From Phoronis australis (lineage: Eukaryota; Animalia; Phoronida): a stretch of DNA of 64,000 nt. Both the position numbers and the translations under genes were made by a program. The DNA lies in NCBI GenBank assembly GCA_002633005.1, contig NMRA01000007.1, positions 432,617-496,616 on the forward strand, written 5' to 3'. A model generated the notes under the pieces. That model searched no databases and was not told the origin of the DNA. It worked only from the letters and a program-made list of their open reading frames with translations. This document shows, in pieces, positions 51,279-63,300 of the stretch (position 1 is the stretch's first letter; each line of letters begins with the position of its first letter).

Positions 51279-51603
51279 CAGCGGTGGATCTATCTAAAAG
51301 GCTTGGCTACTTCAGAAGTGTCGACGGAAGCGCGCGCACAATTGATCTCCGGGCTTTTGCCGATGAGCCACGAGGACTCGAAACGCGTTGATTTTCATAA
51401 CAGCAATTCACAATGCAAAAAATATATTTTCAGATCGAACCCCCCCCCTCATTTTTTTTCCAAATTGGTTTACTTGGGGTTTACACACTCCCGTTGGCGG
51501 TGCCGTTTTTGTTTTGCTGGAGACGTTTTTTTTTAAATTTTTGTGTCCTCGCCCGAAGGGGGGGTTTAAACCCCCTGAACCCCCCCCCGTGGATCCGCCA
51601 CTG
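51279..51603. mobile_element. Related GC-rich MITE abutting Hero copy 2
   Basis: CAGCGGTGGATC...GGATCCGCCACTG inverted termini; no TSD seen. Confidence 0.65.
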
Positions 51604-53000
51604 ATGAGATAATTCAGTCTAGAGTTGAGACGATTGAGCGTATGATCAGCAAAATGGTGAGAAAGTGGCTTGGTTTATCTGGGATTCTCTCACCAGTAGC
51701 TACGTACATGTAAAGTAAGCAAAGGAGGTTGCGTCTACCAATTACATTTGTTGTAGAGGAGTGCAAGGTTGCGAAGGTTAGATGCAGTGAGGATCACCTT
51801 GGCAATACCATAAGAGACAAACCACCCAAGCTAAATACTGGAATAAAATGGAAAGTAAGTGAAACAATGAAGACATCAAGTGAGATGGCTCACCAGAAAG
51901 AACTTGTTGTTGTGTTGAGAGATTGCAGAAGACGTATCTGAGTGACCCAGAGAGAACATTTTTGGTCTGAGGCAAGGGGGTAAGAAAGAAGGAAACTACG
52001 TGAGCAAGAAGTCTGGCAAATGGAGGAAGAACGCCGCTTTGAGTGTAAGCTGTGCAGCAGGCTCAACAGAGACGGTGACTGAATTGGGAAGGTGCGGAAC
52101 AGCAGGTCATCAGTTGGAACGATTGGTGGAGAATGAGAGCAAGTCATCTGAAGTTCCTCACCCAGTCTGCATATGATGTCTTGTCACCACCAGCTAACTT
52201 GGTGAGATGGGGTTTGTGGACACATTCTTCTTGTCGTCTTTGCCATAGAAGTGGTAGTCTGAGACATATAGGACTACTATCTGGCTGCAGTAAGGGGCTC
52301 ACGTGCGGATGGTATACTTTCAAGCACAATTTGGTACTACTGAGATGTTACATGTGAAGCAGCTGAGTATGCAGTAGTTCCATCTGAAGAATATCAAAAG
52401 ATAACTTTCGTCAGGCAAGGGGTTGCAAGTACGTAGTGTTAAGAGACCAGCTACTGTCAATAGGCAATGGACAGTTCGAATAGACAATAGACAAGACACT
52501 TCCAGAGGGATTGCCCCTGTCTGGTTTGCGTCCTGATGTGGTATTGGTCGATGAAGTGAAGAACCATCTTGTTTTTGGTGAACTAACAGTTGCATGGGAA
52601 GAGGGTTTCTATGAGCGTACGCTGTTACGGTGTGCAGAAATAGCAACAGAAATCCAAGGGAAATGTTACAGCTGTGAGCTGATTCCTTTTGAGGTGGGCC
52701 AGTCGAGGTTTTCAGTCATTATCTTTGTGGAGGTTCCTGAAGGTCAATGGTGTGAACAATTGCAGGAAGGTGGTCAAGGTGTGTGAAAAGAAGGCTGTGT
52801 AGGGCAGCACATGTATAATGCGGAAGTACCGATATTTCTTAACATGGAGTCAGGACTTGATGGCCGACTGCAACGCAACTATATCTACCAGCTGTTGCGG
52901 GCCCACCGTGTAGAGAGATCCTGAGTTTAAAGGAACGAAATTTTGAGGAAGCACGGCGCTCAGCTGATGATTGCAGTCGACCATGGAGCACAACCATCTA
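51604..53000 (+). mobile_element. Decayed Hero-like non-LTR retrotransposon 3' fragment, copy 2 with 3'UTR
   Basis: Near-identical direct repeat of copy 1, with RPDVVLVDEVKNHLVFGELTVAWEEG; extends past the point where copy 1 stops. Confidence 0.85.
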
Positions 53001-53349
53001 TCTTTGAGTATGTAATTCTACTGTCAGTCAATAATTGTTTTGCGATTGGTAAAGGAAAATTGTGTAAACCAGAGTTCACGAAAGATAACTAAACAAGGGC
53101 TTTGTTGTATTCAGCTTCAACAAAATGTTGTATAGGGCCTATTAGCAAAAAAGGTTCACGAACATAGGCCTAGTGAGAAATTTCGCAGTGTAGCGGTAAA
53201 CCTGTTTAGTTCAGTATGACGTCACGTTCAAGTACTTGTGACACCGTAATCGTTTATAATATTTAAATGTATTGTGGAGTTAAATAGTATTCCGTGCCAC
53301 AATCGATTAGTGCTTATCAAAATTTGGTAGGTAAAACTCCTTGAGCTGG

Positions 53350-53742
53350 AACCGGCACAGAAAAAATGGCGAAGGGAACGTTTCTTTTATGAGTACTTTG
53401 GATTTAACCAAGACAAAATTATCATAGTAATCATCATTATGGATCTCTTCATCCTCATCACCAAGATCTTTAGTTGCTCAGTTTCGCAAAGTGCTGCTCT
53501 TTTTATTGTCTCTGTTTGTGTTTCATTCATTAACTGAGTCAAGTCGAAAAGTACACCTACTTGTAGTGCGCGATTCAAAAGGCGAGATCAGTAACATATT
53601 TGTTGTCGCTGCTAGCATCAGGATATCGGTTGGCTTTGATGTCGTAAAGGCCCTACAAGTACTTTTCATGTTGTTTTACATTGTGTATATGTTTTATCCG
53701 AAGAGTTTCAATTGCAGGACTTTTCACAAAACCGTATTTTGA
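53350..53742 (+). pseudogene. Possible remnant of an EnSpm/CMC-associated SAMD3-like accessory ORF
   Basis: ...IFVVAASIRI...VKALQVLFMLFYIVYMFYPKS resembles the C-terminal ALxxLFxxYYVFNxxYP motif; frame broken upstream. Confidence 0.35.
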
Positions 53743-54139
53743 AAGACAATGCGCCTTGCTTCCGCGGAGCTACACTAATAGCTAACTTGCGATTTCCAGT
53801 TAGTCAATGTGACGTCTCCGGAAGTAGGGCAAAACCCGTCATATTGCTGTTGTTTTGCCCCGAGTTACATACGCTAAACCTTACTAGAATGCTTATGGAG
53901 AATTTTACTCTTAAATGTTGACACAACATAGGAGATAACAGATGGATCGTGGAATAACTGTGACTGGACGAAGAAAAGGTGAACTTGTTATGTTGTGCGA
54001 AACTGTGAACGGACTGAAATTGGAACTCTACCAGGGCTAGGCCTGAATGCCGCAAGCATACAGGGGCAATAGTCCCCATAAAAAGTTACTCATTTCAAAT
54101 TACAGCATATAAAATCAAATGAAACAAGCATATGTGGAC

Positions 54140-54580
54140 ATGGAATTATAATTAACACATGCCATGACTCTGGATATAATTTAGTCAACAAATAACTTGA
54201 ACATATCCATGAAATCCTCGCAGTTCGCTCGAGTTTCTCTCACCTGGCGCCATTTTGAGGAAGTTATGTAAAATCACGCCTGTTGACGAACAAAAAGTCC
54301 AAGGGACACAAATCTTACAAATTTCACTTGATACCTTCCCATTGCAAGTGTCACGCGCCAGGTCACGCGCTTCGCTCAGTCTGGCGGTAGCCTTTGCCTC
54401 ATACTCACCTGACTCAGTTGAAATACTTCGTGATTATCGCGCGCGGGGTGAAAAAGTTAAAAGTAACCAAAAAGTGAAGTTGGAATTCTATGCCAGCCAC
54501 CTGAATTCCCGTAGGTATGCTTCATCGAAGATATGTTTAGAAGCAGAAAGGATCACTGAAGAAAGTGAGCGCCTTTTTAT
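54140..54580 (-). repeat. Second copy of the 37260-38030 repeat, lacking the MITE insertion
   Basis: Reverse complement aligns with 37260-38030; single CTTTC at the MITE insertion site. Confidence 0.8.
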
Positions 54581-57500
54581 GAGATAGTTTTAGGACGGTG
54601 TAGAATGTATTTTTGATGAAGTCAGTGAAAACTTGAGTGAGCTGCCGGGATTTCGCCTACCGCCCGTTTGAAATACACGGGCCAATGACCAAACGACAAG
54701 CTAACCTGGTTCCCGGGCCTCACAAGATGACGTCACGGATAACTTGTGTGTCTGTGTAGGAGACTAACGACTACACTCTATCACAGTGCTAAACGAAAGT
54801 TAGCACTGTAGAATGTTGTTTAATATGGCCTGCCATTGGTTAAAGTAATGAAACTGACGTCATAACATTCAGCCATTCCCATTGGTTGAAAGTTGGGAAA
54901 CCCCTTTCAGTTTACAAATTACGAAGTGTGGCGACCACGGATTTAAGTAGTTGCATTTTATTAAAACGGACAGTGGTGGAAGTTAATAAGACCAAGAAAA
55001 CCCCGATACAATGGCTTAAGCCGAAACAAATCCGATGTATAAAGGTGTGTGTCAGTGGTGGCGATGTGGTCGGTATATTGCAGTATAGGTGGCGCTGTGT
55101 CAGAGGGTAACTAACGACAAGCTTCTTCCCTACTTCCGGTGACGTCACATTTAAGTCACGCATAATCTTGCGTTATTGTTATTAACTCTCAAAAGGACTA
55201 TTAATTTTGGTAAGTTCGCCGATGTATGCAATGCATCTAAACTTTGTTAACTAGATAAGCCCGTTGTCCACTGCCATGACCTTGATCGCATTTCTAAGAT
55301 CGCGGGACTCCGTGACTTGTACTTCATTAGGGTTGTCAAAGGTTGATTAAGTTACCACAGGTGTGATTTTTGTATCTAAGACGGTGTGTAATGTTCAATA
55401 AGTGAGACCTACCAGGCGTTTTGGCAATACAAGATCAGTATTTCTTGGATCATTTTTTCATTCATGCTTCACTGCTTCAGTTCCTTAAGAAATTGTAGAA
55501 CTTGTTTAGAAATTGGACATGTACATTTGATGTCAGGCGTTTCCACTCTTAGATGTGTTTGGACTTAATCAGTTTAGACACACTGTTTACATGTTAAACA
55601 TGTGCTTAAAATTTTAAACACATTTAGAAATTTTGGCGTAAAAGAGTGAGGACTTTTGTTTGCTTAGAAATGCATTAAGAAATATGTTTCGAATTTAAAC
55701 ACATATTGCACATTTCGAAATTAAACGCAAGCCATGCTAAAGAATTTAGATAATTTTGGCATAAAAAAGGGAGTAAATTTATGCGTAATGGATTGTGTTG
55801 AAATTTTAAACGCATTTTTTACAGTGCACTTGAATAGTTGCTCTACTAGGTGGTCAATGGTAAAACGACATCAGGGACAGACAGTCATTTGGAGTCAGTT
55901 ATTTTTCATCCAAGTCACCCAACAACTAACAGCTACTCTACCTGGTGGTCAAATGCCTGATTAAACGAACATATTGACTTCAAGGTAACTTTGTTGGAGG
56001 ACATCAGGCAAACAAAAGGTGCTCCACCAGGTGGACAAATTAAAACAAGTAGAAATCAGGAATTGGCCTGTTTTTATTGTTTAAACCAAAGCAGAAATTC
56101 ATCACAGGATATCGAATCAATGATACCAGTCCTGACTGTTGGTAGCTGTTATTTCAAGTTGCTTAGGTTCACATCACTTGGGGATTTACTACACTGGTGG
56201 AGAATATAACTCGTCAGTTTCCAGGCTTCTCATTTGAATGCTGTCCAGGGCGATGTCACCTTTCTTAGTTCTACGCTTTTTTGCAGTGAAGACTAACTGT
56301 AACAGATCAAAGATAAAAATGGTATCTGAAGAAAATCCTCTCTATCTCGTAATGAATTGCTTTTACATGACGAGCATCAGATTAGTACTGGACTTGCTTC
56401 TCCTATGAACACTGGCAAATTACTAACTTTAAATATGCAAACACAACATAATTCGTGATAGTTTTAGGAGAATACTGACGTTATGGCCCTTTGGAAACTA
56501 GTCTACTCGAGAGAACTTTTGCAAGAAAATTGTGTAAAACGATTTGGCCGTGATTTGCAACTCGACTACACTGACAAACTTTGATTTGCTCTACCAAAGT
56601 CAGTGTTGTGTCATACTTTGGTGAGTTTGCAACCACTATACATTATCAAACTCTGTCAAAAGTTTGCAAGCAAACATTTCAAAGTCTTTGGTCGTGTTTT
56701 TTGAGCTTGACAGAATTTTGCAAGACACAAGAAAATGTTCTAAGATTTTCTACACTAATAGTTGGTGCGACTGCATGGCACCATCGCCAGCCATATAAAA
56801 AGCCTCACGAGTGGACCAGGGGTTGATTTTTAAGAATGACACCCATGTGGAGCACACGTTTCATGTGAGATTAAATTTTCTGACCAACAGCGCTGCGAGA
56901 ACCTTCCCACAAAGGAAGAATATAGTTTCAAAATGTTGATGAAGATGGAACCATTAACTTTTAAACAAGAAAAACAAGATGCCGAGATCGTCTATTTCAA
57001 AAGCATTGGATGAATAACAATCCTATGAGTTGTTCAAGCTACTTTTCAGCGATAAATATCAATACAGATGTGTTCTTTATCAAGATTGGCCTTATCCCAG
57101 GTTTCAAATAGATAAAATGCGTAACTAAGGGTTCAAAAAGTTTCGTATTGTGTGCTGTATTTCATGAACTGAAAAATTCCGGTGTCATGTGAATGTGACA
57201 ATCTGCTGGCAAACTCAAGAATGATTGAGTTCGTAAAAAACAAAATTGAGGAGCGTATCCCAAACCTAAGGTCGACAGGTGTATGTACGTGTGTTTTAAC
57301 GTTAATTACACCATTTGTGTAGGTATCTTTTGATTATCAGAACAACTAGATAACTTTCAATTTGCAATAGTTTCTTGTAACCTTTTATCTATGTACGAAA
57401 AACTCCGATGCTCCGGACTAACTTAGATATAATTAATCAAAAGTAATTCACAATAAATATGTGCTCAAATTACATATTCTCACATGACCTGGAATGCGTT

Positions 57501-58359
57501 CCGACACGACTGGTTAATATCACCGAGTACGTAAGTTTTTAGATATTACATGGACAAATCACAAAGTAGTACAAAGTAGAAATCCATACGCCTTACGTTC
57601 TATCGTCTGCAAAACACTAAACGCGCAGCAATCGAGCAATGCTGGAAATTCGTGGTGACACGATTATGATTGACTGTACGTACTCCTAATCTTAAGGACA
57701 TGCAAACAATTTCTTAAACGGACCCATCTTCTGCGGCAAATTCCATATCTACGTTCATTCAAACGGAGACGAACCTCAACTCAAGAAACGGGGTGAGACT
57801 GTCTAGTTGTACTGTGATACGCCGTAAAATGTTACAGTTTCGTAAAATGTAACAACTGTTACATTTCACGTCATTGTTACATTTCACGTTGCTTAGCCTC
57901 TCCTAAAATGTAACAGGTTGTTACATTTTACGTAATTGCTACATTTGACGTCGAATACGCATGCGAGAAATATACCATTGTTACATTTTACGAAACCAAC
58001 GTCATTATGAAGAAAACGACTAAAATCCCGAACAAGTGGTATCTGACACGGCCACGGGGTACTCGAGTGTTTTTGAACGAGAGATGCCGCCCGAAAAACT
58101 TGGATACCAACCCATTTAGAGAGTGGGATTGGACAAAAAATGACAAATTTAGAAAGTAATTTTGTGTAAAAATATACTTTTGCACACAGTTCTGTTCCAG
58201 AAATTCAGAAAAGGCACCCCTTTACATTGTATTTTGTCGAAAATGGCACCATTTTGTAAAGTATTTTTGCTGTGAAGAAACACCTTATTGGGCGGCACCT
58301 TTCGTATACCTCTGACCTTCGGGCTAACAAAGCATGAATTTGGCTACCCAGTATCATTT

Positions 58360-58464
58360 TCATTACTACTACATTACTATTACTAGTATTACTGCTATTA
58401 CCACTATCACTGCTATTAATGCTGTTAATTGTTTCTCTACTATTACTCGTTACCGTTATCGTTA

Positions 58465-58516
<52 letters not shown>
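58360..58516. repeat. (TAT)n microsatellite with a degenerate TAC/TAT upstream tract
   Basis: Direct reading; it explains the poly-I/Y/L ORFs in the track. Confidence 0.95.
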
Positions 58517-58519
<3 letters not shown>

Positions 58520-59337
58520 TGTCCGAAAGGCCGACAGTCAGCTTTTTTCGGACTATTGCCCCTTTAAACTATCGACCTAAACCCTGTTTGAGCAAAATGA
58601 TCATGTCTTCTCAGCTAGAGTACCAAAATATTTCTCTATTTCCCCAGCTACGCCTCCCATTTTTAAGTATACACGTCACGGTTTGATCTGTTGCTACCAC
58701 CATTACTTCAGACAAGTTTGACATCATAGAAACAATGCTATTACTTAAGGTTGTAAGCTGTTTAAAAAACACAGGACCATGCCGCCACTTAACTGTTGGC
58801 TCACCCTTCTCAAAGGCGAAGTTTTGCTTTTGCACTGGTAAAAATCTGTCAACCCGCCCGCAAGTAAATGCGTGCTTTTTTTTCCTTCCACCACAATGTG
58901 TTTAAAAAATTGTCATTTGCAACTAAGGTGGTAGACAGAATCCGTCACCATCAGATTAACTTTGGTCTCGTTCCTTTTGTGTGGAGCAGGGCAATTACTG
59001 CAGATGACTTCAAGGCAATAAAACATTCGCTGAAGTAAATCAAAATATCGTGGACTAACGGATGTTTTTTCTATCAAGTTGGCTTCCGAAATTGAATTCT
59101 CCGTAAAAAAATTGATATGATTCTTTGTTCCAGAACAAATATGTTAAATATTAGCAAAATACGATGTCGTTGTTTCTGTTGTGCTTACCAAAGGAAGCGT
59201 GTTTACTGTAATGCAGGATACACAGTTGTTTTATGACTTGTGAGCACCAACAAAAGACTGCAAGAACGTTTTAACGCTAAGAAACTTGTTACCTGATCCT
59301 GGAAACTCATTAATTCGCCTGGAATTAAATCTGTACG

Positions 59338-59494
59338 CAGTGGTGGACCTAGAGGGGGACCAAGGGGGCCATGCCCCCCTAAAATTCTCCCAGATTCCAT
59401 TTAACAGTTTGGGGGTGCGAATGTCTCACGGGCAAAATTCTGGTTAACACTCTGTTTTGGCCCCCTCTAACTCCATATCTTGGATCCACCCCTG
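59338..59494. mobile_element. Same GC-rich MITE family, short copy
   Basis: CAGTGGTGGACCTAG...TGGATCCACCCCTG; flanks gtacg/gcacg; shares CCCCTAAAATTCTCCCAGATTCCATTT. Confidence 0.8.
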
Positions 59495-59737
59495 GCACGG
59501 GGTACATTTTTCACGATACCAAGAAACTTTTAGTGTTAAAAATCAATGGAAAGCACATAGGGAGCTGGCAATGACAGAATTTCATTCCAACAATCCTACA
59601 AAGAACCCGTCAAGTGTATGAACCGTTTTTCCGTGTGACAAATACCATGCAAACTTATGAATTATGACCTCGCTTTCGTAAAATGTAAGAACGGTACATT
59701 ACTCGCATGTGCACTCGACGTAAATTGTAACAATTAG

Positions 59738-59897
59738 ATATAAATCGGCAAATAAAACAACAAGAATTGATGAACCTAAATTTGAAATTTTCGGATGTAA
59801 TAACTTCCTTTGTCAACAGAAACAAAGGAAGTTATTACATCCGAAAATTTCAAATTTCAGTTGATCCATTCTTGTTGTTTTATTTACCGATTTATAT
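59738..59897. repeat. Long palindrome (~76-bp arms, ~8-nt loop)
   Basis: AAATTTGAAATTTTCGGATGTAATAACTTCCTTTGT / ACAAAGGAAGTTATTACATCCGAAAATTTCAAATTT perfect core. Confidence 0.95.
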
Positions 59898-60786
59898 TCT
59901 ACATTTCGTGAAACAATAGTATCCTTGGGAGTATCTGGATCGCCTTATTTAGTTTCAGATTTATTTTCTACGTTATTCATCAGCTTGTTACATTTTAGGA
60001 GAGGCCTAGCAACGTAAAATGTAGAGTTTACTATTATATGGGACTTAGTGAAGACAGGGAGGAATAGGGTAACGTACAAAAGATAGTTCAGTCTCGGCCA
60101 TGCACGAGGTTCTGGTGCGGTGGGTGAGGCTGAGGCGCAGCGAATAAACCTTTCTATCACGCTGGAAATTGGTGCGATCTGGACATGGATTTCGTGAGTG
60201 CACCGTGATTCAAAAATACAAGTACATAACCATTTTTTCGCATACATAAATTTTTAATATAATGGTACCCGGCGTTGTTTACGGAAGGCACATCTCTGCG
60301 AGGAACTACGTATTTTTGCACATAAAAACACAAAAATTACACCCCAGTCAGAAATTTTATATATGTTCGGAGTAGTGAACAGGTATGTAGTTAGTGACTA
60401 CTTCTACGTCATTCCGCTTTTATAATTTGATAAAGAAAGTCAAAAGTTGTATGAAACGAAACCGGAACAGTGTTTTAGAAAACTCTTAACAGCGTTTTTA
60501 AGATTTGTCCCTGAACATTTACATCAAATAAAATTGGACACGATACAGACATTGTTGTTTAACTAGGAGAATACTTTCTTTTTTCCCTATATTTTACTAA
60601 ACAGACATGCTCACACGGCCAATGAACGACAGTTTGGTAGTGAGTTATAATTAACGTCTACACGTTTTCCAATTTCCGAAAATATTATATTTTCACACAG
60701 TCAATTAATTCCATCCATTTTCTGTTTAGTAAGGTACATGCTCCTACATAATCTTATACATGGATCTAAAGGTCCCCATTTCGCAA

Positions 60787-61014
60787 TCACATGCTTCGGA
60801 GCTTGGGGTTGAGGTGGTGGATCGGCCCTCGCAGCACCTCGAGAGAAGGGCCACCTAACAGGACAGTGTTACCTGGAACGTTGTAAGGACCGGTGAGCGT
60901 GCAATTGGCGACTGGGCGTACCGCTAATTCTTGCAGTGGGCAACAATAACCCTTGTCATTGAGCTCAAGGTTTGTGATAAAAAGCGTATGCCCACTTCCA
61001 GAACGTTTGTGGAA
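60787..61014 (-). CDS. Candidate next/terminal exon of the MAM gene
   Basis: gtttag| phase-0 acceptor 136 nt after the previous donor opens a 75-codon frame FHKRSGSGHTLFITNLELNDKGYCC...RSM*, loosely resembling the MAM C-terminal strand. Confidence 0.35.
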   Translation of the reverse strand, partial: FHKRSGSGHTLFITNLELNDKGYCCPLQELAVRPVANCTLTGPYNVPGNTVLLGGPSLEVLRGPIHHLNPKLRSM

Positions 61015-61150
61015 CTAAACAGCTGTTACCAATTTGCCAACAAATTCATCACAAATCGCCCTAACAAATATTCTGAGGTTAGGTTGCTGAAGGGTCTAGT
61101 CTTCAGCGTCTTAAACGTATAGTTTTTTGCATACTTAGCAAATGGTCTAC

Positions 61151-61329
61151 CTTTGTTTTTTCCGACGTCACAATTCTGACTCTAGAAAAGTGCCATGTGT
61201 TGCCTTGGTTACCAGACTTTTGGAAAATCACTGTCTCTTTACCACCTTTCTCAACCAAGCACAGCGTGAGACTACCCATCTTTGTTTTGCCGAACATGTG
61301 CCATCGGAAGGAGAGCATATATTCACCGG
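61151..61329 (-). CDS. MAM-domain protein exon
   Basis: tttttcag|AGEYMLSFRWHMFGKTKMGSLTL...IFQKSGNQGNTWHFSRVRI...TK|gtagac; LxFxxHMxG..MGSL and SGNQGxxW MAM motifs. Confidence 0.9.
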
Positions 61330-61766
61330 CTGAAAAATATCTGAAGATGTGACACAAATACGAAGAGTTCGAACACCGGCAGAGGGTGTCGCAATTTTCG
61401 CGGGGACCACTCAGGCATCAATCTCCAGTACAACGCCGCGATGAATATTTTAGCAAAATCCCGTAACGTGTGATTTATGTTTCATAGAGTACGTCCTTCA
61501 TCTAGACGAACGACCATGTCTATCATGTACACGTATTATTGCACTAATTTTCTCGTAAAATTGAAACTCCACGGCACCACAACTGTCATAATTTTGGTGT
61601 GTTCTTGAAAGAACTGGAATATTGAATACATTTTTCATTTCTTAGCTTAAGAGTACTTTCTATTAGCATAAGAAAAATTATCAGTTCAATATTTGATTGG
61701 GCTAAACAGACCATTTGGTGTTATTGAGTTAGGAATTCAACTTATTTAGCTCTTTCATCACCTTAC

Positions 61767-61890
61767 CTGGAAAGTATTTAGTGTATATCTTGGCTTCGGA
61801 TTTTTTTTTAATTTTATCCATTTCCGCGTAGATGTATGGTGTGCACATATACCCGCAGTCGGGGCCTGTACCTTGGGTTGGCGTAGAACC
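61767..61890 (-). CDS. MAM-domain protein exon
   Basis: tttccag|GSTPTQGTGPDCGYMCTPYIYAEMDKIKKKSEAKIYTKYFP|gtaagg; TPxxxTGP and YIYAE MAM motifs; phases 0/1. Confidence 0.88.
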
Positions 61891-62421
61891 CTGGAAATAG
61901 TTGATAATGTGTTAGCCAGTAGCTCTCAGCACAATAATATCTTTTAAAACTCGAAGTACACTACAAACAGCACTACATTTTCTGTTTGTCAAAATGCTGG
62001 TTGTCCGGAAATCCCAGTACATCTAAAACACTTCTTACGCACTTGCTTATGCATAACGCTTAGACCTCATCTCAGAACTTTTATACACAACCATACAGCA
62101 CGACAGGCAAATTTAAAAAAAAACAACTAATTTCCACAGCAAGAATGCTTAAAAACCATATGCATAGTATATCACAACGTATTATTACAATTTAACATAT
62201 AAGTGTCGTACAAAAGATGAAAACATGAAAGCTTTATTCAACACATCAGTGATGCATATAGTAAACTGAGATAAGGCATCCATTTAATAGATTATTTGGT
62301 CCTGTCAGCGTCGTTAACTAAAACAACGAAGTGTATATTTAAAAAACAACCCGCTCCATGGTTTTTATCAAGTTATTTCATGATGTCTTGGTAGTAAGCT
62401 ACCTCGTTATGATTGTCTTAC

Positions 62422-62513
62422 GTTATGTGGTGTCCAGTCGAAATCGTCATCGGTTGCTTGTGACCACCCGCAAATGTAACCATCGTCAAAGGAGCACGTT
62501 ATAGCATAATCAC
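62422..62513 (-). CDS. MAM-domain protein exon (MAM N-terminus)
   Basis: ctttcag|xDYAITCSFDDGYICGWSQATDDDFDWTPHN|gtaaga; CxFDxxxxCGWxQxxxDDFDW is the MAM signature. Confidence 0.9.
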
Positions 62514-62765
62514 CTGAAAGTAAAAACTATACGTACAATGTCAAGTTTTAGCATTAGCATTCAAATGCATAAAAATTAAATATTGCAAAAATATCCATTT
62601 GGTAATGTTAAAATTACGCTGCCTCGGTCTCCACGTACATCCGTGATACTGGAGGAAAAGTCGACTAGAGGTTAGTCTGTTTTGTGAGAGAGCCGTTGCG
62701 AGCCTTGAAACACATTTCGTAGGTAACCAAAATCAGAGCGAAGTGGTCTATATACTTAAATAGGT

Positions 62766-62928
62766 AACTTCGTTGAAAACACGACTAAGCTTTTTGTTTG
62801 AAAACTTTATACGGAGTCGCTCGTTGTGTCGAAAGTACACTGCGAGAAAGGGAATTGTTTCGACACTACGAGCGACTCTGTATCAAGCTGTATGAAACAA
62901 AAAGTTTAGTCGTGTTTTCAAAGAAGTT
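62766..62928. repeat. Inverted repeat (~68-bp imperfect arms)
   Basis: TTGAAAACACGACTAAGCTTTTTGTTT...GAGTCGCTCGTTGTGTCGAAA / TTTCGACACTACGAGCGACTC...AAACAAAAAGTTTAGTCGTGTTTTCAA. Confidence 0.9.
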
Positions 62929-63300
62929 CGTGTAAACGAAGAGCTGCTACCGAACTTACTTAAATTTGATAATTCATAGTGATGATTAGTGGAACAACCT
63001 TTTATAAGAATCCCATGACCTAGCTTCTCTGGTGACGTGAACCGTAGTTAGTCCTATGCTTAAAATTTAATGTTTCTCGTTGGATTTTCGGTACTAATTT
63101 TTTTTTTTCATTTCAACCAAGTTTGTCTCAGCGCCTTGCTCGTACGTGTTGTGGGGAAAGCACGAGATTGTCAATCCGTACATATATACACTTCACACAA
63201 AGACGCCTCTGTGACAGGTTGATAGAACATCACAGCTCAGGGAAAAGTAACATCTATAGGCATTGTGTTAGCAACAATCACCAACTAAGCCAATTCTGTT

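Larger units (their letters stand above)
57820..60025. mobile_element. Foldback-like element bounded by long inverted repeats rich in TGTTACATTT motifs
   Basis: 57880-58050 is mirrored by 59630-59736 plus 59985-60025, with the right arm interrupted by a palindrome. Confidence 0.55.

Noticed and set aside
51601-51612. CTGATGAG hammerhead core
   Set aside because: Created by the MITE/Hero junction; no stem II or GAAA follows.
58205-58686. Poly-Ile/Tyr/Leu ORFs resembling signal peptides
   Set aside because: Translations of a (TAT)n microsatellite.
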